Positions 1-9,431 are shown, numbered from the stretch's first letter. The stretch: 32,000 nucleotides of DNA from Xanthomonas campestris pv. campestris str. ATCC 33913 (GCF_000007145.1 NC_003902.1:1117436-1149435); one strand, 5' to 3'. Notes: generated from the letters alone by a model not told the origin. Program-made: numbers and translations.

Positions 1-1194
1 GATATCCGAGTGTTCCAGGATGTAGCTACCGTGCACGTGGTACTGGCTGTGCGCGATCATCAGGCCCAGTTCGTGCAGGCGTGCGGCGCGGCGCAGCACC
101 TGCGCGTCGTCGCCATCGAGCTGCCAGGATTCGCAGACCTGGTCGAACAGGCGGCACGCGGTGGCTTCCACGCGCTGTGCCTGCGCCTCGTCGATGCCAT
201 AGCGCTGCACCAACGACGCCACCGAACTGTCGCGCGGGTCGTTCTCGCCGCCGCGGCCGAGCATGTCGTACAGGATGCCTTCGCGCATCGCCGCCTTGCT
301 GACCATCAGCTTCTCCAGGCCCAGCGCCTGGAAGGCCGCTTCGAGCACCAGAATGCCGCCAGCGATGATCGGCCGCCGCTCGGCCGCCAGGCCGGGCAGT
401 TGGATGTCTTCGATGCGCTTGGCCTTGAGCAGCTCATCGCGCAGCGCTGGCAGCGCCTCGGCGGTGATCGCGCCCTTGGTGAGCTTCATCGCCGCGCACA
501 TCTCGCCGATGGCCTTGTGCGTGCCGGACGAGCCAATCGCTTCATGCCAGCCCAGCGCCTTGTACTGGCCGGCAAACTGCTGGAACTCGGCGCCGATCTC
601 GGTCAGCGCGTCTTTCCACTTTTTCTTGGAGAGCTTGCCGCCGGGAAAGAACCGCCGCGTACTGGCAATACAGCCGGCCTGCAGGCTTTCGCGTTCCAGG
701 GTCTGGAAGCCGCGGCCGATGATGAACTCCGTGGAGCCACCGCCGATGTCGATCACCAGCCGGCGTTGATCGGGCTTGGGTGGTTGCGCATGCGCCACGC
801 CCAGATAGATCAAGCGCGCTTCCTCGCGCCCGCTGACCACTTCGATAGCATGGCCAAGCGCAGTTTCGGCCGGCATCAGGAACGCCTGCGGCGAGCGCAG
901 CTGGCGCACGGTGTTGGTGGCCAGCGCGCGCACGCGCAGCGATGGCACCTCGCGGATGCGTTGGCCGAAGCGTGCTAGGCACTCGAGCGCGCGCTGGCGC
1001 GCCTCGTTGGAAATGCCGCCCTTGCCATCCAGGCCGTCGGCCATGCGCACGGTTTCGCGCAGGCGGTCGACAACGCGCAACTGACCCATCAGGTAGCGCG
1101 CAATGACCATGTGGAAGCTGTTGGATCCTAAGTCGATGGCGGCGAGAAAATCGCCATCGCGCAGGGGCGGGATCGTGGGGGAGGGCATTGGCAT
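1..1194 (-). CDS. ppx: Exopolyphosphatase, Ppx/GppA family (C-terminus cut by window edge)
   Basis: Minus-strand frame is open from nt 1 to the ATG at 1194; it is absent from the ORF track because it has no in-window stop. My translation starts MPMPSPTIPPLRDGDFLAAIDLGSNSFHMVIARYLMGQLRVVDRLRE (Ppx/GppA DLGSNS motif) and reads ...HGSYILEHSDI at nt 1. It lies 57 nt downstream of ppk on the same strand. Confidence 0.9.
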   Translation of the reverse strand, partial: MPMPSPTIPPLRDGDFLAAIDLGSNSFHMVIARYLMGQLRVVDRLRETVRMADGLDGKGGISNEARQRALECLARFGQRIREVPSLRVRALATNTVRQLRSPQAFLMPAETALGHAIEVVSGREEARLIYLGVAHAQPPKPDQRRLVIDIGGGSTEFIIGRGFQTLERESLQAGCIASTRRFFPGGKLSKKKWKDALTEIGAEFQQFAGQYKALGWHEAIGSSGTHKAIGEMCAAMKLTKGAITAEALPALRDELLKAKRIEDIQLPGLAAERRPIIAGGILVLEAAFQALGLEKLMVSKAAMREGILYDMLGRGGENDPRDSSVASLVQRYGIDEAQAQRVEATACRLFDQVCESWQLDGDDAQVLRRAARLHELGLMIAHSQYHVHGSYILEHSDI

Positions 1195-1251
1195 GGCCGC
1201 ATGGTAGCCGATGGGCTGCCAGCCCCGTGAGAGGCGGCGGCCCGTCTGGCC

Positions 1252-3378
1252 TCAGACCCGATCGAGCAAGGTCATCTGGGCCGAATGCGCCGGCTCGCCA
1301 GGCCCGGGCGTGCGCTTGTGATAGATGCCTTCGGCATCCAGTTCCCACGCGTTGACGTTGTCGTCCAGGTAGTTCTGCAGCACTTCGCGGTAGACGCGCT
1401 TGGCCAGGTCCGGATCCAGGATCGGGAAGCAGGTCTCCACCCGGCGCAGCAGATTGCGCTCCAGCCAGTCGGCGCTGGCGCAATACAACTCCGCTGCGCC
1501 GTCGTTGCCGAACCAGTACACGCGGCTATGTTCCAGAAAACGCCCCACGATCGAGCGCACGCGGATGTTGTCCGACACGCCCGGCACGCCCGGGCGCAAG
1601 GTGCAGGCCCCACGCACGATCAGGTCGATCTGCACGCCCGCCTGCGAGGCGGTATACAACGCGCGCACCACCTGCGGTTCGTTGAGTGCGTTCATCTTGG
1701 CGATGATGCGCCCGGGCCGGCCGTTGCGCGCTAGCCGCGTCTCGCGTTCGATCCGCTGCAGCACGCCGGTATGCAGGGTGAAGGGCGATTGCAGCAGCTG
1801 TTCCAGCTTCATGCGCGGCGCCAGGCCGGAGAGCTGCTGAAACAGCATGTGCACATCGTTGCCGATCTCCACATCGGCGGTGATCAGGCTCAGGTCGGTG
1901 TACAGGCGCGCTGTGCCGCTGTGGTAGTTGCCGGTGCCCAGGTGCACGTAGCGTTTGAGCTTGCGTCCTTCGCGGCGCACGATCAGCAACATCTTGGCGT
2001 GGGTCTTGTAACCGACCACGCCGTAGACCACCTGCACGCCGGCTTCCTGCAACTTGTCGGCCAGGCCCAGATTGGCTTCTTCGTCGAAGCGCGCACGCAG
2101 CTCCACTACCACGGTGACGTCCTTGCCGTTGCGCGCGGCCAGGATCAACGCATCGACAATCAGCGAATCCTTGCCGGTGCGGTACAGCGTCTGCTTGATC
2201 GCCAGCACGTTCGGGTCGACCGCCGCCTGGCGGATCACGTCCAGCACCGCAGTGAACGCATCGAAGGGGTGATGCAGCAGCACATCGCCCTTGTTGACGA
2301 TCTCGAAGATGCCCACGTTGTCGCGCAGGGTGCGCGGATTGAACGCCGGGTACTTGAGCTCGGGCCGTTGCACCAGGTCGTAGACCTGGGTCACGCGGCT
2401 CAGGTTCACTGGACCGGCAATGCGATACACCGCGTTTTCGTTGAGGCCGAAATTCTGCAGCAGGGTGCGCATGATCGCCGGCGGGCAATCGTGCGCAATC
2501 TCCAGTCGCACCGCCGGCCGGTAGCCGCGCGTGACCAGTTCGTCGCGCAACGCCAGCGCCAGGTTTTCCACTTCTTCTTCGTCTACCACCAGCTCGGAAT
2601 TGCGGGTGACGCGGAATTGGTAGGAGCCCTTGACCTGCATGCCGGGGAACAGTTCATCCACGAACTCCGACAGCACCGAGGACAGGAACACGAAGCTCTG
2701 CTCGCCGTCCGGCGACAGGCTGGCCGGCAGCTGGATGATGCGCGGCAGCGAGCGCGGCGCGCGCACGATCGCCAGATGGCCGGCGCGCCCGAACGCGTCC
2801 TGGCCTTCGAGCACCACCACGATGTTCAAGGTCTTGTTGAGGATCTTCGGGAACGGATGTGCCGGGTCCAGGCCCAGCGGCGACAGCACCGGCATGATCT
2901 CGTTGCGGAAGTAGGCGCGCAGCCAGCGTTTCTGGCGCGAATTCCAGGTGGTGCGGCTCAGCACCGCTACGCCGGCCTGTTCCATCGCCGGGCGCAGCAC
3001 GTCGTTCCACACGTGGTACTGCTGATCCACCAGCTTGGCGGCGCGGTCGTGCACCGCGTTGAGGATGGCGGTGGGGCTCATGCCATCGGGTGCGGGCGGC
3101 AGGCCGAACTCTTGCGCATGCCGCACGGTGGCTGCGCGGATCTCGAAGAACTCGTCTAGGTTGGTGCAGGAAATGCACAGGAACCGCAGCCGCTCCAATA
3201 GCGGAACCTGTTCGTCCAGCGCCTGCGCCAGCACGCGGAAATTGAAATCCAGCTGCGACAGTTCCCGGTTGAGATACAGCGCCGGGTCGCGCAGCGGATC
3301 GCTGCCGATGTCCTCGGAAGGTGCGGGGTCTTTAGAGTGCTTGGCGTGGCCCATGGAGTCGGTCTTCGAGGCGGTCAT
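1252..3378 (-). CDS. ppk: Polyphosphate kinase 1
   Basis: ORF 1252..3432 (-). PPK1 hallmarks: LYLNRELSQLDFNFRVL...NLDEFFEIR N-terminus, YKTHAKMLLIVRRE phosphohistidine region, long C-terminal PLD-like part. The track start at 3432 is GTG. I chose the first ATG (MTASKTDS) at 3378; another ATG is at 3354. The start is uncertain, the stop is firm. Confidence 0.9.
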   Translation of the reverse strand: MTASKTDSMGHAKHSKDPAPSEDIGSDPLRDPALYLNRELSQLDFNFRVLAQALDEQVPLLERLRFLCISCTNLDEFFEIRAATVRHAQEFGLPPAPDGMSPTAILNAVHDRAAKLVDQQYHVWNDVLRPAMEQAGVAVLSRTTWNSRQKRWLRAYFRNEIMPVLSPLGLDPAHPFPKILNKTLNIVVVLEGQDAFGRAGHLAIVRAPRSLPRIIQLPASLSPDGEQSFVFLSSVLSEFVDELFPGMQVKGSYQFRVTRNSELVVDEEEVENLALALRDELVTRGYRPAVRLEIAHDCPPAIMRTLLQNFGLNENAVYRIAGPVNLSRVTQVYDLVQRPELKYPAFNPRTLRDNVGIFEIVNKGDVLLHHPFDAFTAVLDVIRQAAVDPNVLAIKQTLYRTGKDSLIVDALILAARNGKDVTVVVELRARFDEEANLGLADKLQEAGVQVVYGVVGYKTHAKMLLIVRREGRKLKRYVHLGTGNYHSGTARLYTDLSLITADVEIGNDVHMLFQQLSGLAPRMKLEQLLQSPFTLHTGVLQRIERETRLARNGRPGRIIAKMNALNEPQVVRALYTASQAGVQIDLIVRGACTLRPGVPGVSDNIRVRSIVGRFLEHSRVYWFGNDGAAELYCASADWLERNLLRRVETCFPILDPDLAKRVYREVLQNYLDDNVNAWELDAEGIYHKRTPGPGEPAHSAQMTLLDRV

Positions 3379-3486
3379 CAAGGTAAGGCAGGCGGCGGCG
3401 ATGCGGTGCGCGCCATGCGCAACATGCGCCACACACAGCGCTGCGTCGTTGCAGTGCGCAGCGCCGTGGCGCGCGCATCCTTCATA

Positions 3487-4815
3487 TCACGCCGAGCGTG
3501 ACAAGGGCAGGGACTGTTCGCGTTGCACAACACGTGCCGCACCGAAATGGCACGAGAATTCGCTGCCGCGTCCCACTTCGCTTTCGATCTCCAGGCGCGC
3601 CTGGTGCAGGCCCAGAATGTGTTTGACGATCGACAGACCCAGCCCGGTGCCGCCGCTCTCGCGCGAGCGGCTGCTGGAGACACGATAGAAACGTTCGGTG
3701 ATGCGCGGCAGGTGCGAGGCGGGAATGCCGTAGCCGGTGTCGCGCACTGCCAGTGCCGCGCCATCGCCTTCGCGCACGAAGCGAATCGTCACCGTGCCAC
3801 CGCCGGGCGTATAGCGCACCGCGTTGGTCACCAGATTGGAAAACGCGCTGTGCAGTTCCTTATTGGAACCGAGCAGATCCACGCCGGCTTCGTCGAACAC
3901 TTCCACGGTGTGGCGGCCCTGGCTGTGCGCTTCGGCTTCGCGGCGCAGCGTGGACAGCATCGGTGCCATCGCCACGTGTTCCTCGCCGAGCTCTTCCTGC
4001 GATTCCAGGCGCGATAGCGTCAGCAGGTCTTCCACCAGCTGCGCCATGCGCTGCGATTGCTTGCGCATCTCCGCCAGCATCGGGCCCGAATCCGGAAAGT
4101 CTTCCGGGTCGAGCATGTCCAGATAGCCGTGCACCACGGTGAGCGGGGTACGCAGTTCATGCGAGACGTTGGCGACGAAGTCGCGGCGCACCTGTTCCAG
4201 CCGCAGCAGCTTGCTGACGTCGCGCGCCACCAGCAGCCAGTAGTCGTCCGAATACGGGATCAGCCGCAGATTGAGGCGCAGGTCCGGGTCCACCGGCGAG
4301 GCGGCATCGAGCATCGGCTCGGCATTGCGCCCGGCTGCCAGCCAGTGCGCCAATGGCAACGGCTGCAGGCGCTCCACCACCGACACGCCCATATCGCCGG
4401 GATGATGCAGGCCGAGCAGGCCGGCGGCGGCCTTGTTGAACCACTGCACCCGCTGGCTGTTGCGGTCCACCACCACCACCGCATCGGGCAATGCCTGCGC
4501 GGCGGCGCGGTAGGTGCGCAACATGTCGATCAGGCGACGCTTGCGTGCGCGCATTTCGGCCTGGCTGCGATACAGCAGCCGGTCGAGTTCGTTCCAGGCG
4601 CCCACACCGGCGGCCGGTTCGGCACGCTGGCGCGCGGTCAGGCGGCGCAGCACCTGGCGCAACCGCCAGTAGTGCCAGGCCAGCACGCTCAGCGCGGTAA
4701 GCGTCAGCGCCATCCAGACATGCCCGATCAGCACCCCGGCCAGCACGGCAGCGCCCAGCAACAGCGCAAGGGTGCCGAGCGTCTTCAGCCAGGCGGAACG
4801 GATATGTTGGGGCAT
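3487..4815 (-). CDS. phoR: Phosphate regulon sensor histidine kinase PhoR
   Basis: ORF 3487..4830 (-). N-terminal TM helices, H-box FVANVSHELRTPLTV, N/G boxes (NLVTNAVRYTP, DTGYGI, GGTGLGLSIVKH). Directly downstream of phoB. The track start at 4830 is GTG; I used the first ATG (MPQHIRSAWLK) at 4815. Confidence 0.9.
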   Translation of the reverse strand: MPQHIRSAWLKTLGTLALLLGAAVLAGVLIGHVWMALTLTALSVLAWHYWRLRQVLRRLTARQRAEPAAGVGAWNELDRLLYRSQAEMRARKRRLIDMLRTYRAAAQALPDAVVVVDRNSQRVQWFNKAAAGLLGLHHPGDMGVSVVERLQPLPLAHWLAAGRNAEPMLDAASPVDPDLRLNLRLIPYSDDYWLLVARDVSKLLRLEQVRRDFVANVSHELRTPLTVVHGYLDMLDPEDFPDSGPMLAEMRKQSQRMAQLVEDLLTLSRLESQEELGEEHVAMAPMLSTLRREAEAHSQGRHTVEVFDEAGVDLLGSNKELHSAFSNLVTNAVRYTPGGGTVTIRFVREGDGAALAVRDTGYGIPASHLPRITERFYRVSSSRSRESGGTGLGLSIVKHILGLHQARLEIESEVGRGSEFSCHFGAARVVQREQSLPLSRSA

Positions 4816-4876
4816 GGAAGGCGTTACCACGGAGCGTCAGGTAGGCATGCGACCGGGCCGGCCTGCGCGGCCGGCA

Positions 4877-5566
4877 TCAGGTGGCCGAGGAGAAACGGTA
4901 GCCCGATCCACGCACGGTCTGCACCATGTTTTCCAGGCCGAACGGTTCCAGCGTCTTGCGCAGGCGGCGGATGTGCACATCGATCGTGCGCTCTTCCACA
5001 TACACACTGCCGCCCCACACATGGTCCAGCAGCTGGGTGCGGGTGTAGACGCGCTCAGGATGGGTCATGAAGAAGTGCAGCAGCCGGTATTCGGTCGGGC
5101 CGATCGGCACCGGGGCATCGCCGGCGAACACGCGGTGCGCGGCACCGTCGATGCGCAGGCGGCCCACGGCCACGCTGCCGTCTTCGTCGTCCTCACGGGT
5201 GCGCCGCATGACCGCACGGATGCGTGCCAGCAATTCGCGGGCCGAGAACGGCTTGACCACGTAATCGTCGACGCCGGCCTCCAGGCCGCCGACGCGATCG
5301 TTCTCTTCGCCGCGCGCGGTCAGCATGATGATCGGGATCTCGCGGGTCAGCGATTCCTTGCGCCAGCGCCGCGCCAGGTCCAGGCCGCTGGTGCCGGGCA
5401 ACATCCAGTCGAGCAGGATGAGATCGGGAACGCGGTCGGCGATGGCGGTCTGCGCCTCGCGGGCGTCACCGGCGTGGATGGGCTCGAACTCGCCTTTGCG
5501 CAGTGCGAACGCGACCATGTCGCGGATTGCGGGTTCGTCATCGACGATCAGGATGCGTTTCTGCAC
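4877..5566 (-). CDS. phoB: Phosphate regulon response regulator PhoB (OmpR family)
   Basis: 229-aa ORF. Receiver domain ILIVDDEP...DLILLDWMLPG and a C-terminal winged helix (VDVHIRRLRKTL...RGSGYRF). GTG start at 5566. Paired with phoR. Confidence 0.93.
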   Translation of the reverse strand: MQKRILIVDDEPAIRDMVAFALRKGEFEPIHAGDAREAQTAIADRVPDLILLDWMLPGTSGLDLARRWRKESLTREIPIIMLTARGEENDRVGGLEAGVDDYVVKPFSARELLARIRAVMRRTREDDEDGSVAVGRLRIDGAAHRVFAGDAPVPIGPTEYRLLHFFMTHPERVYTRTQLLDHVWGGSVYVEERTIDVHIRRLRKTLEPFGLENMVQTVRGSGYRFSSAT

Positions 5567-5611
5567 GCGGGGCTTACCGTCTGGCTTCGGATGGTCGCCA
5601 GTAGACTACGG

Positions 5612-5632
5612 TTTTGTGACTCTCATGTGACA
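5612..5632 (-). promoter_or_regulatory. Pho-box-like PhoB binding site upstream of phoB
   Basis: Minus strand reads TGTCACATGAG-AGTCACAAAA: two TGTCA/GTCAC heptads with 11-bp periodicity, 46-66 nt upstream of the phoB GTG. Compare the E. coli consensus CTGTCATA(A/T)A(T/A)CTGTCA(C/T). A third CTGTCAC half-site lies at 5644-5650, and a possible -10 TAGTCT follows. Confidence 0.5.
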
Positions 5633-5635
5633 CCC

Positions 5636-7282
5636 CTAGCGCTGTGACAGGTCGGGGTCGCGAATTCCCTGCCGGCGCAGCTCCAGCACGGTGGGGGTGA
5701 TCGCGGCAATGCGCGCATCCACGCGGGCCCGTGTCACATAATCGAGATCCTTCTTTTTCAGCGCTTCCAGCTGGATCAGCGCCTGTTCCGCGCGCCCATT
5801 GAGGTAGGCCGACTCCGCATACGCCTCGCTGGCGCGCACCTGGTCGCCGGACAGTTCGCAGGCGCGCGCATAGGTCTGCTGTAGCAGCGGATCCTCGCCA
5901 CTGCGGTACAGCAGCGGCTCCAGCACCTGGCGCGCGCGCTGGCCGGCCTCTTTGCTGGCCTGCTCGTTGAGCGCGCCGGCGTAGGTCAGCGCCACTGCGC
6001 GGTTGTTGGGCAGCCGCTTCAGCAGCGCATCGAAGCGCGCGTTGGCCTGTTCGCGCGGGCCCACGCGTGCCTGTGCCTCGCTCAGGCCCAGCGCCAGCCA
6101 CAGGTTGTCCGGATGCGCCTCAAGCAGGCTGGTCAGTTCGGCCACCGGCTCGGCCGGGCGGCTGCCACTGTTGCGCAGCCGCGCCAGCGCCAGCCCGTAG
6201 CGCTGCGCGTCGGTGAGTCCCTGCTTGGCGCTGCGGCGCAGGTTCTCGTATTCGCGAATGGCGCTATCGGGCGTGCTGGCGCTGAGCACGCGCAGGCGCT
6301 CCTTGGCCCAGTCGAAGCCCTGCTGGTCGCTGCTGCGGCTCAGCGCATCCACCGGCAGGCGCAACGCATACGGCAGCAACGCGTTGCCGTTGCGGCTCAG
6401 CGGTTCGGACAACGACGGGTCGGACGGGTCCACGCGCTCCTGGCGCGTGCCGCCCGGCACCGAGGTGGTCAGCACCACGGTGTTTTTCTTCATCTGCTCC
6501 GCGCGCGCTTTCGCCTCGCTGATGCGGGTGGTGGTCACCGGGTGGGTCTGCAGGAAGTCCGGCGCGCTGTAGCCGCCCTCGTTGGCACGCATCGCCACCG
6601 ACATGCGCTCGAAAAAGCCGGCCATCGCGTCCACGTCGTAGCCGCTGCGCACCAGCGTGCGGATGCCCAGCCGGTCGGCTTCGGACTCGTTGGAGCGGGT
6701 GTAGTCGATCTGGCGCTGCTGCATCAGCCCCATGGCACTGGTGATCGTGGCCATGGTGGCGTCGCCGCTGGAATTGCCGCCGGCCTGTTGTGCAGCCACC
6801 ACGGCGGCCAGCATGCCGAGCAGGATCGGGATCTGGTCGCGCTGGGCGCGTTCCACCCCGCGCAGCACGTGCTGTTGGGTGACGTGGGCGATTTCATGCG
6901 ACAGCACCGCCGCCACTTCGTCCTCGCGCTCGGCCGTCAGCACCAGGCCGGCATTGACAGCGATATAGCCGCCCAGCGTGGCGAAGGCGTTGATCTGGCG
7001 GTCGCGCAGCATGAAAAACGTAAACGGCTGCTGCGGCTGGTCGCTGTTGGCGCCCAGCCGCGTGCCCATGGTCTGCAGCCAGTCGGTCACCAGCGGGTCG
7101 TCCAGTACGTAGTCGTAGTTGCGCAGCTCGGCCAGCATAATCTTGCCGTACTCGGCCTGCCGCGCCGGGGTCAGCAGCTCGCCGGCCGACGAGCCGATGT
7201 CGGGCAGGCGATTCTCCTGCGCGGGCGCCACGCCCATGGCGACGGCCAGCGTGAGGGCGGTAGCGAGCGGTAGCAGGCGCAA
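5636..7282 (-). CDS. M48-family zinc metalloprotease with C-terminal TPR repeats (BepA/YfgC-like), periplasmic
   Basis: 548-aa ORF. Signal peptide MRLLPLATALTLAVAMGVAPAQE, HExxH motif (LSHEIAHVTQQH), and a TPR-like C-terminal half. TTG start at 7282 preceded by GGGAG 6 nt upstream. Confidence 0.85.
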   Translation of the reverse strand: MRLLPLATALTLAVAMGVAPAQENRLPDIGSSAGELLTPARQAEYGKIMLAELRNYDYVLDDPLVTDWLQTMGTRLGANSDQPQQPFTFFMLRDRQINAFATLGGYIAVNAGLVLTAEREDEVAAVLSHEIAHVTQQHVLRGVERAQRDQIPILLGMLAAVVAAQQAGGNSSGDATMATITSAMGLMQQRQIDYTRSNESEADRLGIRTLVRSGYDVDAMAGFFERMSVAMRANEGGYSAPDFLQTHPVTTTRISEAKARAEQMKKNTVVLTTSVPGGTRQERVDPSDPSLSEPLSRNGNALLPYALRLPVDALSRSSDQQGFDWAKERLRVLSASTPDSAIREYENLRRSAKQGLTDAQRYGLALARLRNSGSRPAEPVAELTSLLEAHPDNLWLALGLSEAQARVGPREQANARFDALLKRLPNNRAVALTYAGALNEQASKEAGQRARQVLEPLLYRSGEDPLLQQTYARACELSGDQVRASEAYAESAYLNGRAEQALIQLEALKKKDLDYVTRARVDARIAAITPTVLELRRQGIRDPDLSQR

Positions 7283-7432
7283 GAGGAACTCCCAGGTGGT
7301 GCGCGGAGCATGCGGGCAGCGCGGCGCGTTGGCGTGAATCGGCAGTTAATCCACAGTGTTGCGGTGACGACCTCGAAATTCCAGTCGCCCGTTACCATAT
7401 GTCAGACCACAGACCCAACCACGGAGTTTCCC

Positions 7433-7738
7433 GTGAGCCAAGACCACACCGGGCAGCAGGCGGCCACCGGTCCGCAGATCACCCTGTACTCCACCGCCAT
7501 TTGCCCGTACTGCGTGGCGGCCAAGAACTTCCTCAAGAGCAAGGGCCAGACCTGGACCGAGGTGCGCATCGACCTGGACCCGGCCGAGCGCGACAAGATG
7601 GTTGCCCTGGCCAAGCGCACCAGCGTGCCGCAGATCTTCGTTGGCGACATCCATGTGGGCGGCTATGACGACATGATGGCCATGCACCGCGCCGGCAAGC
7701 TCGAACCACTGTTCGCCGCCGCAGGCGGTCAGGCATGA
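7433..7738 (+). CDS. grxC: Glutaredoxin 3
   Basis: ORF frame 7310..7738. Glutaredoxin core ITLYSTAICPYCVAAKNFLKSKG...VPQIFVGDIHVGGYDD with a CPYC active site. In-frame GTG at 7433 is preceded by GGAG (7423-7426). The upstream part of the track ORF has no glutaredoxin similarity. Confidence 0.85.
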   Translation: MSQDHTGQQAATGPQITLYSTAICPYCVAAKNFLKSKGQTWTEVRIDLDPAERDKMVALAKRTSVPQIFVGDIHVGGYDDMMAMHRAGKLEPLFAAAGGQA

Positions 7739-8130
7739 GTGGTTCCGACGACGGCAGCGCCGATCGCCTGCGCGAGTTCACCGACTTCCGCCAGCGCATG
7801 AACCAGCGCATTCTGGCCGAGCCCAATCAGGTCGTGCGGCGCTTTTTCGCCCTGGACACCCAGACCTACCAGGCCGGCGCGCTGGACGTGAAGACCAAGG
7901 AGCTGCTGGGCCTGGTCGCCTCCATGGTGCTGCGCTGCGACGACTGCATCAGCTACCACGTCGCGCAGTGCAAGGAGGCCGGTGTCACCCGCGAAGAGTT
8001 CTTCGAAACCTTCTCGGTTGGGCTGGTGGTGGGCGGTTCGATCGTCATCCCGCACCTGCGCCGCGCGGTGGACTTCCTCGACCAGCTCGAAGGCGGTGCA
8101 CCCGCGCCGGCCGAACACAGCCACGGCTGA
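7735..8130 (+). CDS. Carboxymuconolactone decarboxylase / AhpD-like family protein (CxxC)
   Basis: 131-aa ORF with the AhpD-like core KELLGLVASMVLRCDDCISYHV (CDDC). Its ATG overlaps the grxC stop (ATGA at 7735-7738), which suggests translational coupling. Confidence 0.75.
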   Translation: MSGSDDGSADRLREFTDFRQRMNQRILAEPNQVVRRFFALDTQTYQAGALDVKTKELLGLVASMVLRCDDCISYHVAQCKEAGVTREEFFETFSVGLVVGGSIVIPHLRRAVDFLDQLEGGAPAPAEHSHG

Positions 8131-8153
8131 TCAGCCTCGCCTCGCACGCCCCA

Positions 8154-8187
8154 ACGCGCCGTCCTGTGAGGCGGCGTGTTGCGTTTT
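8154..8187 (+). terminator. Putative intrinsic terminator after the AhpD-like gene
   Basis: ACGCGCCG/GGCGGCGT stem (7 bp with one bulge) followed by GTTGCGTTTTGG, 24 nt after the stop codon. Confidence 0.35.
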
Positions 8188-8324
8188 GGGGGCGCGTGCC
8201 AAAATCGTGGGAGGCCTGCCGCGTCGCCGGGCCGCCTTCTTGCCCATGGCGCTTACCAGCCCGATGTCGCTGTGCGGCCGCGCGTGCCACACCCGACCCT
8301 TAGACCAAGGTCGGTTTGGGCGCC

Positions 8325-8355
8325 TTCACCGGCATCGGGCATAATTGCCGGTGAA
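8325..8355. promoter_or_regulatory. Perfect 10-bp inverted repeat (operator-like) in the isocitrate-dehydrogenase upstream region
   Basis: TTCACCGGCA (8325-8334) - 11 nt - TGCCGGTGAA (8346-8355). The 11-nt spacer contains CATAAT (8340-8345). Located 69 nt upstream of the ATG at 8424. Confidence 0.4.
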
Positions 8356-8423
8356 ACCTCCTTGCGCCGGTGAGCCGGGCTTCCGGCTGGCGCTCCCCCC
8401 TTCAAGTTCGGAAACCCAACGTT

Positions 8424-9431
8424 ATGACGCAGACAATCACGGTCATCCGCGGCGACGGTATTGGCCCGGAGATCATGGATGCCACGCTGTTCGTGCTCGA
8501 CGCGCTGCAGGCTGGCCTGACCTACGAGTACGCCGATGCCGGCCTGGTCGCGCTGGAAAAGCACGGCGATCTGCTGCCTGAGTCCACCCTGGCCTCGATC
8601 ACCAAGAACAAGGTGGCGCTGAAGAGCCCGCTGACCACGCCGGTCGGTGAGGGTTTCAGCTCGATCAACGTCGCCATGCGTCGCAAGTTCGACCTGTACG
8701 CCAACGTGCGTCCGGCCAAGTCGTTCCCCAACACCAAGTCGCGTTTCGCCGATGGCGTGGACCTGATCACGGTGCGTGAGAACACCGAAGGCGCCTACCT
8801 GAGCGAAGGCCAGGAAGTCTCGGCCGACGGCGAAGTGGCCGTTTCCGGCGCCCGCGTCACCCGCAAGGGCTCCGAGCGCATCGTGCGCTACGCCTTCGAC
8901 CTGGCGCGCGCCACCGGCCGCAAGAAGGTCACCGCGGTGCACAAGGCCAACATCATCAAGTCGACCTCGGGCCTGTTCCTGAAAGTCGCCCGCGATGTCG
9001 CCACGCAGTACCCGGAAATCGAATTCCAGGAAATGATCGTCGACAACACCTGCATGCAGCTGGTGATGCGTCCGGAGCAGTTCGACATCATCGTGACCAC
9101 CAACCTGTTCGGCGACATCATCTCCGACCTGTGTGCCGGTCTGGTCGGCGGCCTGGGCCTGGCTCCGGGCGCCAACATCGGTGTGGACGCGGCGATCTTC
9201 GAGGCCGTGCACGGCTCGGCGCCGGATATCGCAGGGCAGGGCAAGGCCAACCCGTGCGCGCTGCTGCTGGGCGCGGCACAGATGCTGGACCACATCGGCC
9301 AGCCGCAGAACGCCGAACGCCTGCGCGAAGCGATCGTCGCCACGCTGGAAGCCAAGGACTCGCTGACCCCCGACCTGGGTGGCACCGGCAACACCATGGG
9401 CTTTGCCAAGGCCATCGCCAGCCGCCTCTGA
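8424..9431 (+). CDS. Isocitrate/isopropylmalate dehydrogenase family protein, likely NAD-dependent isocitrate dehydrogenase (335 aa)
   Basis: ORF frame 8370..9431. MTQTITVIRGDGIGPEIMDATL... N-terminus, NLFGDIISDL motif, and the length and architecture of small beta-decarboxylating dehydrogenases. The first ATG giving the family-typical N-terminus is at 8424. Confidence 0.85.
   Translation: MTQTITVIRGDGIGPEIMDATLFVLDALQAGLTYEYADAGLVALEKHGDLLPESTLASITKNKVALKSPLTTPVGEGFSSINVAMRRKFDLYANVRPAKSFPNTKSRFADGVDLITVRENTEGAYLSEGQEVSADGEVAVSGARVTRKGSERIVRYAFDLARATGRKKVTAVHKANIIKSTSGLFLKVARDVATQYPEIEFQEMIVDNTCMQLVMRPEQFDIIVTTNLFGDIISDLCAGLVGGLGLAPGANIGVDAAIFEAVHGSAPDIAGQGKANPCALLLGAAQMLDHIGQPQNAERLREAIVATLEAKDSLTPDLGGTGNTMGFAKAIASRL

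Noticed and set aside
10-978. 322-aa plus-strand ORF at the left edge
   Set aside because: It is antisense to the Ppx/GppA reading frame, which translates cleanly to a recognisable exopolyphosphatase. The composition is shadow-ORF-like.
1771-3159. 462-aa plus-strand ORF (and nested ORFs 1285-1840, 2054-2914)
   Set aside because: Antisense or out of frame to ppk. It has no motifs and a His/Gln/Arg/Ala-rich composition.
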